Origin: Escherichia phage SP15
DNA: 64,000 nt
Reading direction: 5' to 3' (one strand)
Sequence record: AP019559
Both the position numbers and the translations under genes were made by a program. The notes beneath the pieces are model-generated. The model searched no databases. It saw nothing but the letters and a program-made list of their open reading frames with translations, and was not told the origin of the DNA. Positions 49,002 through 58,573 of this stretch are shown here, piece after piece; the first letter of the stretch is position 1, and each line of letters starts with the position of its first letter.

Positions 49002-49406
49002 TTACGCTTTTGAGCTACGAAAAGTGTCTAAGTGGAACACTGTCTGGTTGATCCAAGAATCAAACGCAGCAGAGTTCTGCATGAGCATTACAGCATTATC
49101 GCGGCTAAAAGGAACTTCAGTAGCAGGATCAGCATCTGTTTCAATCAGCATCAGTTTTTCAACGTCACCTACAGTCAAACCGGTCCAACCTTTAATAGCT
49201 GCGTCAACGAAGGCTTCAATGAACTTATCATCATCCTGTACCTGAATCAAAGTACCATTAACCCATTCATCGCGTTTAGCAGAAGAAATAACACGTTTAG
49301 AGGTAGCACGAGACATATAGTTAAGTTCTAATTTAAAGTTCGGCATACCTGGGTAGGAAAGAGTAATAGTACGAGTATCAAGAGTAATATCTTTTAAATT
49401 AATCAT
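49002..49406 (-). CDS. Putative tail assembly chaperone
   Basis: Acidic 134-aa ORF with GGAG RBS, upstream of tape measure gene. Confidence 0.5.
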   Translation of the reverse strand: MINLKDITLDTRTITLSYPGMPNFKLELNYMSRATSKRVISSAKRDEWVNGTLIQVQDDDKFIEAFVDAAIKGWTGLTVGDVEKLMLIETDADPATEVPFSRDNAVMLMQNSAAFDSWINQTVFHLDTFRSSKA

Positions 49407-50301
49407 TTTTAATTTCTCCAAAGAAATCTATTCTCACTGGGTCTGAAGAAGCAGTAGGTATAATATCCCACTCAACTCTATACACATCTGAGAAATCTAG
49501 GCGTTTTGTAATACGTGCTGAAGGAAAATCTATAGAAATATTATTATTTCTTATATTTAAAGGTACATCTGTCTCCGGTTCGATATTGTAAACCATATCT
49601 CCTGCAAAACGTTTTAAGTAATATAGAGAAATGGTTGCCGAAGCATTCATTTCATTTACATAAGCTCTTTTATTATTATAAATTTTATTTATATCAAAAA
49701 CACTCTTATCCTCTCTCCAGGAGCACTGCTGTTGGAAAGATAAAGAGGCAGAAATAAGACCGGGTAAGATGCTGCCATTAGTAGAAGCTATTACTGGGCT
49801 GTAAGACATTACTTCACCCTGTATAATAGAAGCTGCTTCTCTATAGGTAGATACTTCTGAGAATTTCCCAGACTCAATACCAACATTAAGAATTGGTATG
49901 TTCTTATCTAAAGAAAAATCTACCGTAGATACATAACAGTTTTCAAAATATACACAGTTATTATCTTTATTTACTATATAGATATTGAACATAATAGGTT
50001 CAATATTACTACTATATAGTGGGAGTAAGAAAGTATTACCTTTTCTATCAAAACCTAACCATTCAAAGAAGTTAGCCTCTGTAAGAGTATTACTGAAATT
50101 TATTGCTAGAGAGATAGAAGAGGGGGTTTGAGCATTTATAATAGAGTCTGCATAGTTAGTTCTACGATGAACAGTCCTACGAAGAGTCTTGAATTCCTCG
50201 TAGGAAGTCTGTATATCATAGTTTGATAGGGCATCAAAATGAAATGCCCTACCATCATACTCAACTATAACTTTTGACTCTCGCATTAGAGAGTAGTACA
50301 T
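49399..50301 (-). CDS. Minor tail protein (T5 p140-like)
   Basis: 300 aa directly downstream of tail tube gene. Confidence 0.5.
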   Translation of the reverse strand: MYYSLMRESKVIVEYDGRAFHFDALSNYDIQTSYEEFKTLRRTVHRRTNYADSIINAQTPSSISLAINFSNTLTEANFFEWLGFDRKGNTFLLPLYSSNIEPIMFNIYIVNKDNNCVYFENCYVSTVDFSLDKNIPILNVGIESGKFSEVSTYREAASIIQGEVMSYSPVIASTNGSILPGLISASLSFQQQCSWREDKSVFDINKIYNNKRAYVNEMNASATISLYYLKRFAGDMVYNIEPETDVPLNIRNNNISIDFPSARITKRLDFSDVYRVEWDIIPTASSDPVRIDFFGEIKND

Positions 50302-50305
50302 TTAT

Positions 50306-51712
50306 TTAACCACCAGCACTAACTGTGATAGTTTTAGTACCTTCTACACCAGAACCATCTTTAGCTACAGCCTTCACAGTAACTGCACCAGTTTTAGAGG
50401 CATCAGCTGTTAATAACCCAGATTCTGCATCAATTGTAGCTGCGTTACCACTAGAAATAGACCAAGTTACAGCCTTATTAGTAGCTTCTGAAGGTGTTAC
50501 CTCAACAGACATCTGTAAAGTATTACTATTTGTTACAGAAACAGCCTCACCTGCCGACTTAACTGTAATGGATTTAACGGGAACTGGAGGAGTTTTAGCA
50601 CCATCCCCCGTAGCAATCAGATTAGCCACAGTAGTTTTTGTATACTTGTTAGAAAATCCAAGATAACCTTCGTCACCAGTATCCAAATCAGTAGGAATAG
50701 CTTTAAACTCTACTGAAGTACCAAGTACATCATCAGTCTCAATAGTAGGGATATTAACATGCGCCTGTTTAGCAACTAACACAGCTGCCGGACGTTCCTC
50801 GTCATATTCTCCACCCAAAATAAGTGCGATTTCAAAACGGTTAACTACCTTAAGGGTTTTAATCAGATCTTTGTACAGTTCCATAGAACCAAGAGACTTA
50901 TCATTAAGGTAAGCTGTCAAAGAACCCGTTAACTCAAACGCACCCGTAAATGAGCCGATTGGAATATTTACACGTGACATAATATTCGGGGTTAGGTACG
51001 TGATGTTGTTATTAATGGTAAAAGTACCACCAGTAATAGGAATATCATATGCCTTATCAGAATCCATATCCTTAATTTTTAGGATAGTTAACTTGTTCTT
51101 AATGTAAGAACTCTGAATAGTCATATAAGTTTCATCATCAATACCTAATGCATCAGGGTCAAATGGTTGGCTATCTAACGGAATGAGCTGATTACCGTTA
51201 CCAGACCAAGTTACACGACCAATATCTTCAATATCAACGTTAACTTCTGCCTGGTTGATCTGGCAAGAGTCAATGTAACTCCACGCATTGTCAGTTAGAA
51301 TGTAAATATGCAGCATAGCCAGTTCGTGATATGCGTTATCTTTGAAGTTAACCATGAAGTTAGTAGCATTATTATGTGCTCCAGTATCTCCATCAAGGTT
51401 AATAGCTTTACCACTAGAAAGTGCATGCCATAACATATAGTCAGGAACAATTTGTTTGCTAGTAGTTTTATCCATGTATGGCAGGATATAGGTGGAGAAG
51501 CTCCACTCAGCTGCATTCAAGGAATCGTTAAAACGTTTAGAACCACGAGTAGGACGCGGACCAGCTTCGTTAACAGTAATATCTGTTGAGTTACTGTCCT
51601 GACCCCAAGAAATATCATCCTGAACTAGAATCTCTTGCGTGTTGGTCTTATCGTGACCAGTCTTAACCGTAGACACGAAGATTCGAGTATTACGTAATAG
51701 TTGTAAAGACAT
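50306..51712 (-). CDS. Major tail tube protein (pb6-like) with C-terminal Ig-like domain
   Basis: 468 aa; C-terminal Big_2-like segment VTVKSAGEAVSVTNSNTLQMSVEVTPSEATNKAVTWS. Confidence 0.8.
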   Translation of the reverse strand: MSLQLLRNTRIFVSTVKTGHDKTNTQEILVQDDISWGQDSNSTDITVNEAGPRPTRGSKRFNDSLNAAEWSFSTYILPYMDKTTSKQIVPDYMLWHALSSGKAINLDGDTGAHNNATNFMVNFKDNAYHELAMLHIYILTDNAWSYIDSCQINQAEVNVDIEDIGRVTWSGNGNQLIPLDSQPFDPDALGIDDETYMTIQSSYIKNKLTILKIKDMDSDKAYDIPITGGTFTINNNITYLTPNIMSRVNIPIGSFTGAFELTGSLTAYLNDKSLGSMELYKDLIKTLKVVNRFEIALILGGEYDEERPAAVLVAKQAHVNIPTIETDDVLGTSVEFKAIPTDLDTGDEGYLGFSNKYTKTTVANLIATGDGAKTPPVPVKSITVKSAGEAVSVTNSNTLQMSVEVTPSEATNKAVTWSISSGNAATIDAESGLLTADASKTGAVTVKAVAKDGSGVEGTKTITVSAGG

Positions 51713-51738
51713 TTAATTATTTTCTCCTAATCTGTAAC

Positions 51739-52224
51739 TTATCTGCGAAGTGACCTACGTGGAGGCTGATACCTCACTGTTACATTTATTTCTGCTAAAC
51801 CATATGGGGCCAGTAGACCCTCATCTGTACTAACTGATGTAATGCTCATATCAGTCGCCTCACATGGGAAGGTCGATCCATTAGGTTTACTAACAGTATA
51901 TTCTAAATTTCCACCTGTGTCAATAACGGTTTTTATATCCGCTACGAGTTTTTCAAGTTGCTCTTGAATGTCTGTTTTCTCTTTATCATACACCAGGATA
52001 GGAAGTTCTAAAAACATCCACTGTTGACCTGAGGGAAGATACTGCCCAGTTTCAGTTCCGATATGAACTGCAACATAAGGAAACTCTCGTATCTCCTCAA
52101 ACTTATAAGTTTGACGTGAGACGTTTCCATACAAGTTATTAAAATATTCATCTGGTTGAGAGCCATCCATTTGTTTGGCTATTCGATCAACCAGAGCTTG
52201 TGCTATACTTGTTCTGTGATCCAT
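51739..52224 (-). CDS. Tail terminator protein (p142-like)
   Basis: 161 aa, synteny. Confidence 0.5.
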   Translation of the reverse strand: MDHRTSIAQALVDRIAKQMDGSQPDEYFNNLYGNVSRQTYKFEEIREFPYVAVHIGTETGQYLPSGQQWMFLELPILVYDKEKTDIQEQLEKLVADIKTVIDTGGNLEYTVSKPNGSTFPCEATDMSITSVSTDEGLLAPYGLAEINVTVRYQPPRRSLRR

Positions 52225-52227
52225 TTA

Positions 52228-52995
52228 TTAGGTTCCTTGATTAACCTTAATTTTGTATCTGGAGTGAATTAAGTCTCTTGCAGCTTTAGCTATCGCCTCT
52301 CCAATTAATCTTTGAGGGTTTCTAGCACCTGGGTAGGGTCGTAATGACAATCTTCGATATGTGGATACTGCAGGATTAAATACTGAATATGGACGTACCA
52401 TATAATTATATGTAACATTTAATTCAGGAGCACCTTTGCTAGTTCCAACATCTCTAAGCATAACATCTTTAACTTTTAGAGAATTTGCAAAACGACCTGT
52501 TCTAAATTTAAGTGGAGCTCCTGCTTTTTTCATATCCTTTATTAAGTATTCTTTAGCAACCAACTCCAGAATAACCTTCATATTGCTATTTGATACAAAA
52601 CGTCCTGAAGCACCTGTTACTGCACCAGAATATCCATCTTCTACGTCTCTAGGATCCCCAAAGTTTACTTGAACTCTACCAGTAGAACGTTTTTTACCTA
52701 CAGAGGATTTTTTACCAGTGGTTGCTTGTATTAAATTCTCTAAAGCACCTAAGTCTCCTGTTAGATCTAAGCTAGAAGAAACTGCTTTTAGAATAGAAGC
52801 GGTCCTAACATTAAGGAGATCTTGGGATACAGGTTTTGAGAACTTAAAAGATACCTGAGCAACAGTACCGTCCCTAGTAGGATCTTTTAATCCTGTTTCA
52901 ACAGAGTATACAACAGTATTCTTATTGTTCTCGGAACGTCCGACAGTATCTAGTTGCTCCTTAATAATTTGTGTAGCTAAATCAGAAAGAGACAT
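52228..52995 (-). CDS. Tail completion protein (p143-like)
   Basis: 255 aa, synteny. Confidence 0.5.
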   Translation of the reverse strand: MSLSDLATQIIKEQLDTVGRSENNKNTVVYSVETGLKDPTRDGTVAQVSFKFSKPVSQDLLNVRTASILKAVSSSLDLTGDLGALENLIQATTGKKSSVGKKRSTGRVQVNFGDPRDVEDGYSGAVTGASGRFVSNSNMKVILELVAKEYLIKDMKKAGAPLKFRTGRFANSLKVKDVMLRDVGTSKGAPELNVTYNYMVRPYSVFNPAVSTYRRLSLRPYPGARNPQRLIGEAIAKAARDLIHSRYKIKVNQGT

Positions 52996-53507
52996 TATAC
53001 TCTCCTGTAAACTTCAATAATAGTACGAATATGCTCTGGAATACCAGACTTAGTATTATTAAAAGTAACTGTTTCTCCACCAATTGTTTTAGCTTGACGG
53101 TAATCCTGTTTATGCCAATGATCTACTAGCATACATGCTGCAAGTTTGAGATCCTCAGGTATTGGATTAAATCCACCTTGTGTGTACTCTACATCCATAT
53201 AACCTTCCGGAGGATTAAATTTAAGAAGTATAACCCCATCAGAGTACAACTTATACTGTTCGGGATCTATCTCCTTATCATTAATAGTCATTTTGGTTAC
53301 TGAAGTAGCCGAGGGAGAACTTAAGAAGTATTTTTTACGAGTAGGTTTTGTATTGATTAACTGGTCTACCGCATCAGCATCATCCATACCTAAAAGGCTA
53401 GTAATCAGCGCATTGGCAGCAGTAATCATCATCTCTACTCCAGATTCTAGTTCAGGTCGTTTTAACCCGCCGTATAATCTATAGTCTTCAGCTGTGATTA
53501 TTTGCAT
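52995..53507 (-). CDS. Head completion / head-tail connector protein (p144-like)
   Basis: 170 aa, synteny downstream of major capsid gene. Confidence 0.5.
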   Translation of the reverse strand: MQIITAEDYRLYGGLKRPELESGVEMMITAANALITSLLGMDDADAVDQLINTKPTRKKYFLSSPSATSVTKMTINDKEIDPEQYKLYSDGVILLKFNPPEGYMDVEYTQGGFNPIPEDLKLAACMLVDHWHKQDYRQAKTIGGETVTFNNTKSGIPEHIRTIIEVYRRV

Positions 53508-53526
53508 TTATTTTTCCCAATAAAAA

Positions 53527-53546
53527 AGGAGAGCCGAAGCTCTCCT
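53527..53546 (-). terminator. Rho-independent terminator after major capsid gene
   Basis: Hairpin AGGAGAGC-CGAA-GCTCTCCT, T-run on minus strand. Confidence 0.7.
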
Positions 53547-53566
53547 TATCGGCTGAAAAGCCTGTA

Positions 53567-54943
53567 TTAAGCGGTAGCGTAAGCACCGGATACAACACCA
53601 TTACTAAAGTAACGTTGCAGGTTAACACGCTGAGTAACGTAGTATGCATCACGCTGTTTACCAGCTTGGCGCTCACGTTCAACAGTAACAGCACGCTGGC
53701 GTGGCATCACGAAGTTATCTTTATAAACAATAACTGCGAACTCTTTCTCAGCTGCTTTAGCTGGGAAGTACTCAGAAACTACAACCGGCAGACCGTAAAT
53801 ACGACCAACCTGACCTTGCAGTTTAACAGCATCGTTGCCAACCTGTGCAACATCCTGCCATTCTTCATCTTCCAGCAGATCGTAGTAAGCATCCATAGAT
53901 ACGATCAGTACCAGTTTGCTCAATTTCAGACCATGACGGCCAAGTTTACGACGCAGTTTAGAAATAGTTTTAGCAGTTACCAAAACAGTACCATCAGCTT
54001 TAGCTTCAGTAGTAACTTTAGCACCATCTTCACTAGCAAGAGTCAACAGACCTTTCGGCTGACCAGTACCATTACCAGTCATAAACGCTTCTTCGATAGA
54101 AACGGCATGTGCTTCGATCAGACGCTTACGCAGCAGAGGCAGCAGGGAGAAGATTGCATCTTCTTCAGTTTCATCAGTGATGAAGGACTTAGCAGCCAGC
54201 TTGTAAGTTTTGAAACTAATCTCAGTCAGAGTACCTTTAACTTCGTCACCAACAGTTTCGTCAGTACCGAATTTGGAAGCATCTACCCAAGTAGCTTTTC
54301 CAGCTTCTGGTTCAACCAGCATAGTAAGAATTTTGCTGGACATTGGCAGTTCATCGAACAGTGCGCCAACTACTAATTCTTTCTGCAGGTCACGGATAAT
54401 ACGAGTGGAGAAGATAGTTTCATATGCTTCGCTAGACATAGAAACGGAAGAAGAACCATTAACAGCCTTAACGTGGGCTTTACCATGTTCAGTTTCAAAT
54501 ACATCCTTCTCCATCATATAAGACAGAAGAACCAGTTTTTCAACTTCATCTTCAAAAGCTTCCTGAGTACCATACAGTGCTTTAGCTACACTATCACCAA
54601 CGAAGGAACGGCCTTCACGAGCTGCTAGCAGAGATTTAATTTCATCCTGAAGACCAACAATAGTTTCCTGTTGTTTTTCTACAGTTTGTGCAAATAGTTC
54701 TGCGCTCTTCTTAGATTTCTCATCCAGGGACTTAACCAGATCCAGAGCCTCTTCCAGACGCTTACGGTCTTCACCAACAGCTTTAGAAACCAGGTCATTC
54801 ATACGAGCCAGTTCTTTTTCTTCCTGCTCTTTACGCATACGTTCAGCTTCCTGAGCTTTCTGAGCAGCGGTCAGACCTTCCAGAGATTTAGCCAGATCAC
54901 CCAGACCAAGTTCTTCTTTCAGCTTATTAATATCAATAGTCAT
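53567..54943 (-). CDS. Major capsid protein precursor (pb8-like, HK97 fold with N-terminal scaffold domain)
   Basis: 458 aa; N-terminal coiled-coil delta domain; host-optimal codon usage. Confidence 0.85.
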   Translation of the reverse strand: MTIDINKLKEELGLGDLAKSLEGLTAAQKAQEAERMRKEQEEKELARMNDLVSKAVGEDRKRLEEALDLVKSLDEKSKKSAELFAQTVEKQQETIVGLQDEIKSLLAAREGRSFVGDSVAKALYGTQEAFEDEVEKLVLLSYMMEKDVFETEHGKAHVKAVNGSSSVSMSSEAYETIFSTRIIRDLQKELVVGALFDELPMSSKILTMLVEPEAGKATWVDASKFGTDETVGDEVKGTLTEISFKTYKLAAKSFITDETEEDAIFSLLPLLRKRLIEAHAVSIEEAFMTGNGTGQPKGLLTLASEDGAKVTTEAKADGTVLVTAKTISKLRRKLGRHGLKLSKLVLIVSMDAYYDLLEDEEWQDVAQVGNDAVKLQGQVGRIYGLPVVVSEYFPAKAAEKEFAVIVYKDNFVMPRQRAVTVERERQAGKQRDAYYVTQRVNLQRYFSNGVVSGAYATA

Positions 54944-54960
54944 TTTTAAATAATTCTCCG

Positions 54961-55593
54961 TTATTCTTTAACGTAGCCTAAAGCTATCGCAAGTTTTTCT
55001 AGTTCAGAAAGATTACGTTCTTGAGCTGGGACAGCTTTAGAACTTATTGCAGTAAAAGATTTACGCCATTCAGTATAATCATAACCATTCATGCTCTTAG
55101 CGAGATTGAACGTTGAGTCCTGATTACAAGGTACAGAAACTACCGAAACTTCGTATAGTTCTAAATCTTTAATAATAAATATATCAGTAGCTTCATCCCA
55201 CTCTGCATCTAGGCAGCGGAATCCGATACTAAAAGTTTTCAGTACACCGTTTTTAATTAGTGAAAAGATAGCCGGGTCAGAACTTTCATAGATCTCGCAT
55301 TCTATTTCGAGACCCATTTCAGTAGGGTTAAGATCAATACACTTACCGATTGGACGACGATGATCGTGTCCGAAAAGAATAATCGGGTTTTTCATATAGT
55401 TAGCAAGTGCATTAGATGTTTTCCACGCAGAAGCAGGAATTACATCACCAGCGCGATCTTTACTAATTGTATTAGCGAATCCACGGATTTTTACAACACC
55501 TTCTTTGGATTCGCTATCAATAGATTTAATATAAGCATCTAAATGAACGGGTGCTGATTTTAACTTGTTATAGTCAATAGCAGCTTGTGTCAT
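54961..55593 (-). CDS. Prohead protease (pb11-like)
   Basis: 210 aa between decoration and capsid genes. Confidence 0.65.
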   Translation of the reverse strand: MTQAAIDYNKLKSAPVHLDAYIKSIDSESKEGVVKIRGFANTISKDRAGDVIPASAWKTSNALANYMKNPIILFGHDHRRPIGKCIDLNPTEMGLEIECEIYESSDPAIFSLIKNGVLKTFSIGFRCLDAEWDEATDIFIIKDLELYEVSVVSVPCNQDSTFNLAKSMNGYDYTEWRKSFTAISSKAVPAQERNLSELEKLAIALGYVKE

Positions 55594-55596
55594 TTA

Positions 55597-56088
55597 TTAG
55601 CCTCCAACACCAGGGTTAACTGTCACAGTACACGCAGTAGAATCCTTACTTACTCGCTTACTATCTGTTACAGTTACTTTATAAGAGCCGGCATCCTCAG
55701 CTGCTGCTGCAGGCTTAGTATATGTAGCTCCTGAAGCTTCCGGAATAGGGGAACCATCTTTAGTCCATGCATAAGTGTATGGACCAGTACCACCAGTTGC
55801 AGTAACAGAAAGAGTTAACGTTGCTCCAGTATCAACTGACATGCTAGCAGTTAAATCTTTAGAAAGAGTTAACGGTGGGGCCGGTGGAGCAGGAGGAACT
55901 GCTTTAACATAAGCCTCTACAAATTTCTTCCATACTTTACGGTTAGTATGCGCAGATGAAAGCCCTAGTTCTCTACGCAGAAAAGCATAGCTAGGAACAT
56001 ATTTATGCGCAGCAACCGTAGCAAAGAAGATATGAGATTCTGGCAGTTTTTCACCAAAAATGGTCTTTAGACCATTATAATCAATCAT
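55597..56088 (-). CDS. Capsid decoration protein (pb10-like) with C-terminal Ig-like domain
   Basis: 163 aa; Pro-rich linker PPAPPAPP then TLTLSVTATGGTGPYTYAW Ig-like segment. Confidence 0.7.
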   Translation of the reverse strand: MIDYNGLKTIFGEKLPESHIFFATVAAHKYVPSYAFLRRELGLSSAHTNRKVWKKFVEAYVKAVPPAPPAPPLTLSKDLTASMSVDTGATLTLSVTATGGTGPYTYAWTKDGSPIPEASGATYTKPAAAAEDAGSYKVTVTDSKRVSKDSTACTVTVNPGVGG

Positions 56089-57302
56089 TCTTTATCTCCC
56101 TCGGTGGAACCTTGAGGTCTACCACCTTCTTGACCAGATACACCTGTTGCAGAACCAGCAACGTTAGCAGGAATACGAATCCTATCCATCTGCTCATCAT
56201 CTAAAGGTTCAAGGTTCAGCTCTAAACGAGCTTCGTTACCAGTCATAATACCATTATTAACCAATGAGGTTAAATGTTTAGCCTCAGCTTCTTTATCTGG
56301 TGTTAATGCAGCTACCTCCTTAGTATTAGGGGTAATCTTATAACCAAAAAAGAAAGTAAGAGAACTAGTCAGTTTGTTCAGCATAGGAATGATAGTCATA
56401 TAATAGAACAATTCGATGTTTGGTCGAATATTCGCATTATTACCACCATCAAGTAGTACTTGCGGAACTCCAAAGGCTAGACAAATAGATTTATTAAATC
56501 CTTCGATGTCTTCCTTAAAGTCTAGATCTTTAAAAGAGGATATTTGGGAGTACGGTTTAGCTTTCATACCACCATCTAGAATCAGGACAGAAGACTGACC
56601 CGTACTAGGATTATAATCGAGTTGTAATTCTTCTTGTTTACGCTCACGCAATTTCTTGTTCAGGATTTCATCCGTTTCAAGAATAAGACCAATCACGGTT
56701 CCGTTATCGAGGAATTTCTCTTTAAAATTAAGCATCTTGGAACGCTTCTCAAGAGAATCAATAACAGTAGCAACACGAGATTGTCCAGAAATTTGAGAAT
56801 TTGTGCCACACACGTAACTGTTATCCTTTATAAAGATAATCTCATCTACGCGATAGTCTATCTGATTATTAAATATAAATTTTTTGATAAACTTATTGGC
56901 ATCTGCCTCGACCTGCATAAGAGCAGCCGGGACATGGTAAAGCGATGTGCCATCCCAATAGATGTACGCACAACCTTCAAAAAGTAGGTCAGTGACTACA
57001 AGTCTACGGAATGTGCTTATATCCATGAATGGATTAGGTCGTACATTTAAGAGAGTGTCTAGAGTCTTTGTCTTAACGCCATTAGCGTACGTAACAATAT
57101 TATATTTATCTCCGACAGTATAAGAACACTCCGCCGCACTATCTATAACCATATTGGCAGTTCGATTGAGAATCTCAATCTTGCTATAGGCTTGTCCAGT
57201 GGTAAAAGGCTTACGGTTAGTGCGATGACTAACTGGTTCCATGTCTCTTATAATACGTTGACCCGGATTTAACTTTTCAGTAATCCAGCTTTTTAAACCC
57301 AT
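56085..57302 (-). CDS. Portal protein (pb7-like)
   Basis: 405 aa, position between terminase and head genes. Confidence 0.75.
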   Translation of the reverse strand: MGLKSWITEKLNPGQRIIRDMEPVSHRTNRKPFTTGQAYSKIEILNRTANMVIDSAAECSYTVGDKYNIVTYANGVKTKTLDTLLNVRPNPFMDISTFRRLVVTDLLFEGCAYIYWDGTSLYHVPAALMQVEADANKFIKKFIFNNQIDYRVDEIIFIKDNSYVCGTNSQISGQSRVATVIDSLEKRSKMLNFKEKFLDNGTVIGLILETDEILNKKLRERKQEELQLDYNPSTGQSSVLILDGGMKAKPYSQISSFKDLDFKEDIEGFNKSICLAFGVPQVLLDGGNNANIRPNIELFYYMTIIPMLNKLTSSLTFFFGYKITPNTKEVAALTPDKEAEAKHLTSLVNNGIMTGNEARLELNLEPLDDEQMDRIRIPANVAGSATGVSGQEGGRPQGSTEGDKE

Positions 57303-57739
57303 TATAAGAACCTTGCGAATCCTGATTTTGTTTCAGTCTTGACTTGTGTCTTTTCTTGAGGATTCTGTAATTTGTCTTTCTGCTTTTGAACCCATGCTTT
57401 CTGTTTATTAGCAGAAAATAATGGAGGTTCTTTCGTGTAAACCTTATGTAATAGTTGGTGATGGTGCTGGCACAATGTTACCACGTCCCTAACTAACTCA
57501 TGCTCATATTTCTTGTAGAATGCTTCCCTATTTGAAAGGACGATATTCTCATCAGTGAAATCCAGCTGGAGTTCTTTAGCAAATTTTTTTATTAGCTGAG
57601 ATATAGTATGATAATGGTGAAGTTCTAGGTCTTCACTACTACCACATATAGCACAGCAACCATCCTTACTATACCTAGATTTTATGCCATCCCTCATTAT
57701 GGAAATGGCATCACGTTTGTACTTAGTATTAGTGGCCAT
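57302..57739 (-). CDS. Small HNH endonuclease
   Basis: CAICGSSEDLELHHYH...CQHHHQLLH HNH/zinc motif; start uncertain. Confidence 0.6.
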   Translation of the reverse strand: MATNTKYKRDAISIMRDGIKSRYSKDGCCAICGSSEDLELHHYHTISQLIKKFAKELQLDFTDENIVLSNREAFYKKYEHELVRDVVTLCQHHHQLLHKVYTKEPPLFSANKQKAWVQKQKDKLQNPQEKTQVKTETKSGFARFL

Positions 57740-58403
57740 AATCCTCCAATCCAAAGCTACTTAGAAAGATTACTATATTCTCGGGAGCAACATTAAAAAA
57801 TTCCGTGCTTCCTGTAAAATTAGAAAACCCACAGTTTTTATTATAATATTCTCTGTGAACTTCCTTTTCTAAATCTAAAGCAGTCTCTCTATCTGGCAGA
57901 TGATACATGGTGAACAAGTATAGATCAGAAAATCCAGATTCTCTTTTAACTTCATTCAGCCGTTTCTCAGGGTATAAGCTTATGCCTACTTTAGTACCCC
58001 TAGAGGAGGACATGATATAGAGGAACCCGCCATTCTCCCATTTAAGAGAACAATAAGGGCATCTCTTACCTTGAGTCAATCCATCTAAGGTAATGAAACA
58101 GTCATGCCCATTATTGCAGCGTAGATGTAGTTTTGTTTTAGCATTAGTATAGCTGCTTAACAGAGTATACCCTATATTAGATATTCTGTTACTAACTTCA
58201 TCTAACGATATTGTATTATTGGAGCAGTGTGGACAACCTCTCCTCATATGGAGTATAGAATGTGGTGTTGCTTCCCAAACGTGTGCTCTCTGGCATTTAA
58301 ATACTGTTTTTGTACGTTGGTTTACATATTCACCGATAATTTGGATTCCACGATCAGCTAATCTAATATTTATATCTTTTATTGTTAGCTTTTGTCGACC
58401 CAT
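57729..58403 (-). CDS. T5orf172/GIY-YIG-like nuclease domain protein with two N-terminal zinc-ribbon modules
   Basis: Paired CxxxH...CPHC and C...CPYC modules then GFLYIM...KVGIS...R...E segment; start at ATG after GGAG. Confidence 0.5.
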   Translation of the reverse strand: MGRQKLTIKDINIRLADRGIQIIGEYVNQRTKTVFKCQRAHVWEATPHSILHMRRGCPHCSNNTISLDEVSNRISNIGYTLLSSYTNAKTKLHLRCNNGHDCFITLDGLTQGKRCPYCSLKWENGGFLYIMSSSRGTKVGISLYPEKRLNEVKRESGFSDLYLFTMYHLPDRETALDLEKEVHREYYNKNCGFSNFTGSTEFFNVAPENIVIFLSSFGLEDYGH

Positions 58404-58573
58404 AGAATCTCCTACACCCATGTAGAGCATTAATTTTTCTTGTTTACGTTCTATTATGGGAGAAGTTCTCCCGATCAATGAATATAGTATACATAATCGT
58501 ATCGAATTTGTAAAGGGGATTTTAAAATACAGGAATGGGATACCAACTGAGTAGTATCCCATCCTATACTTAT

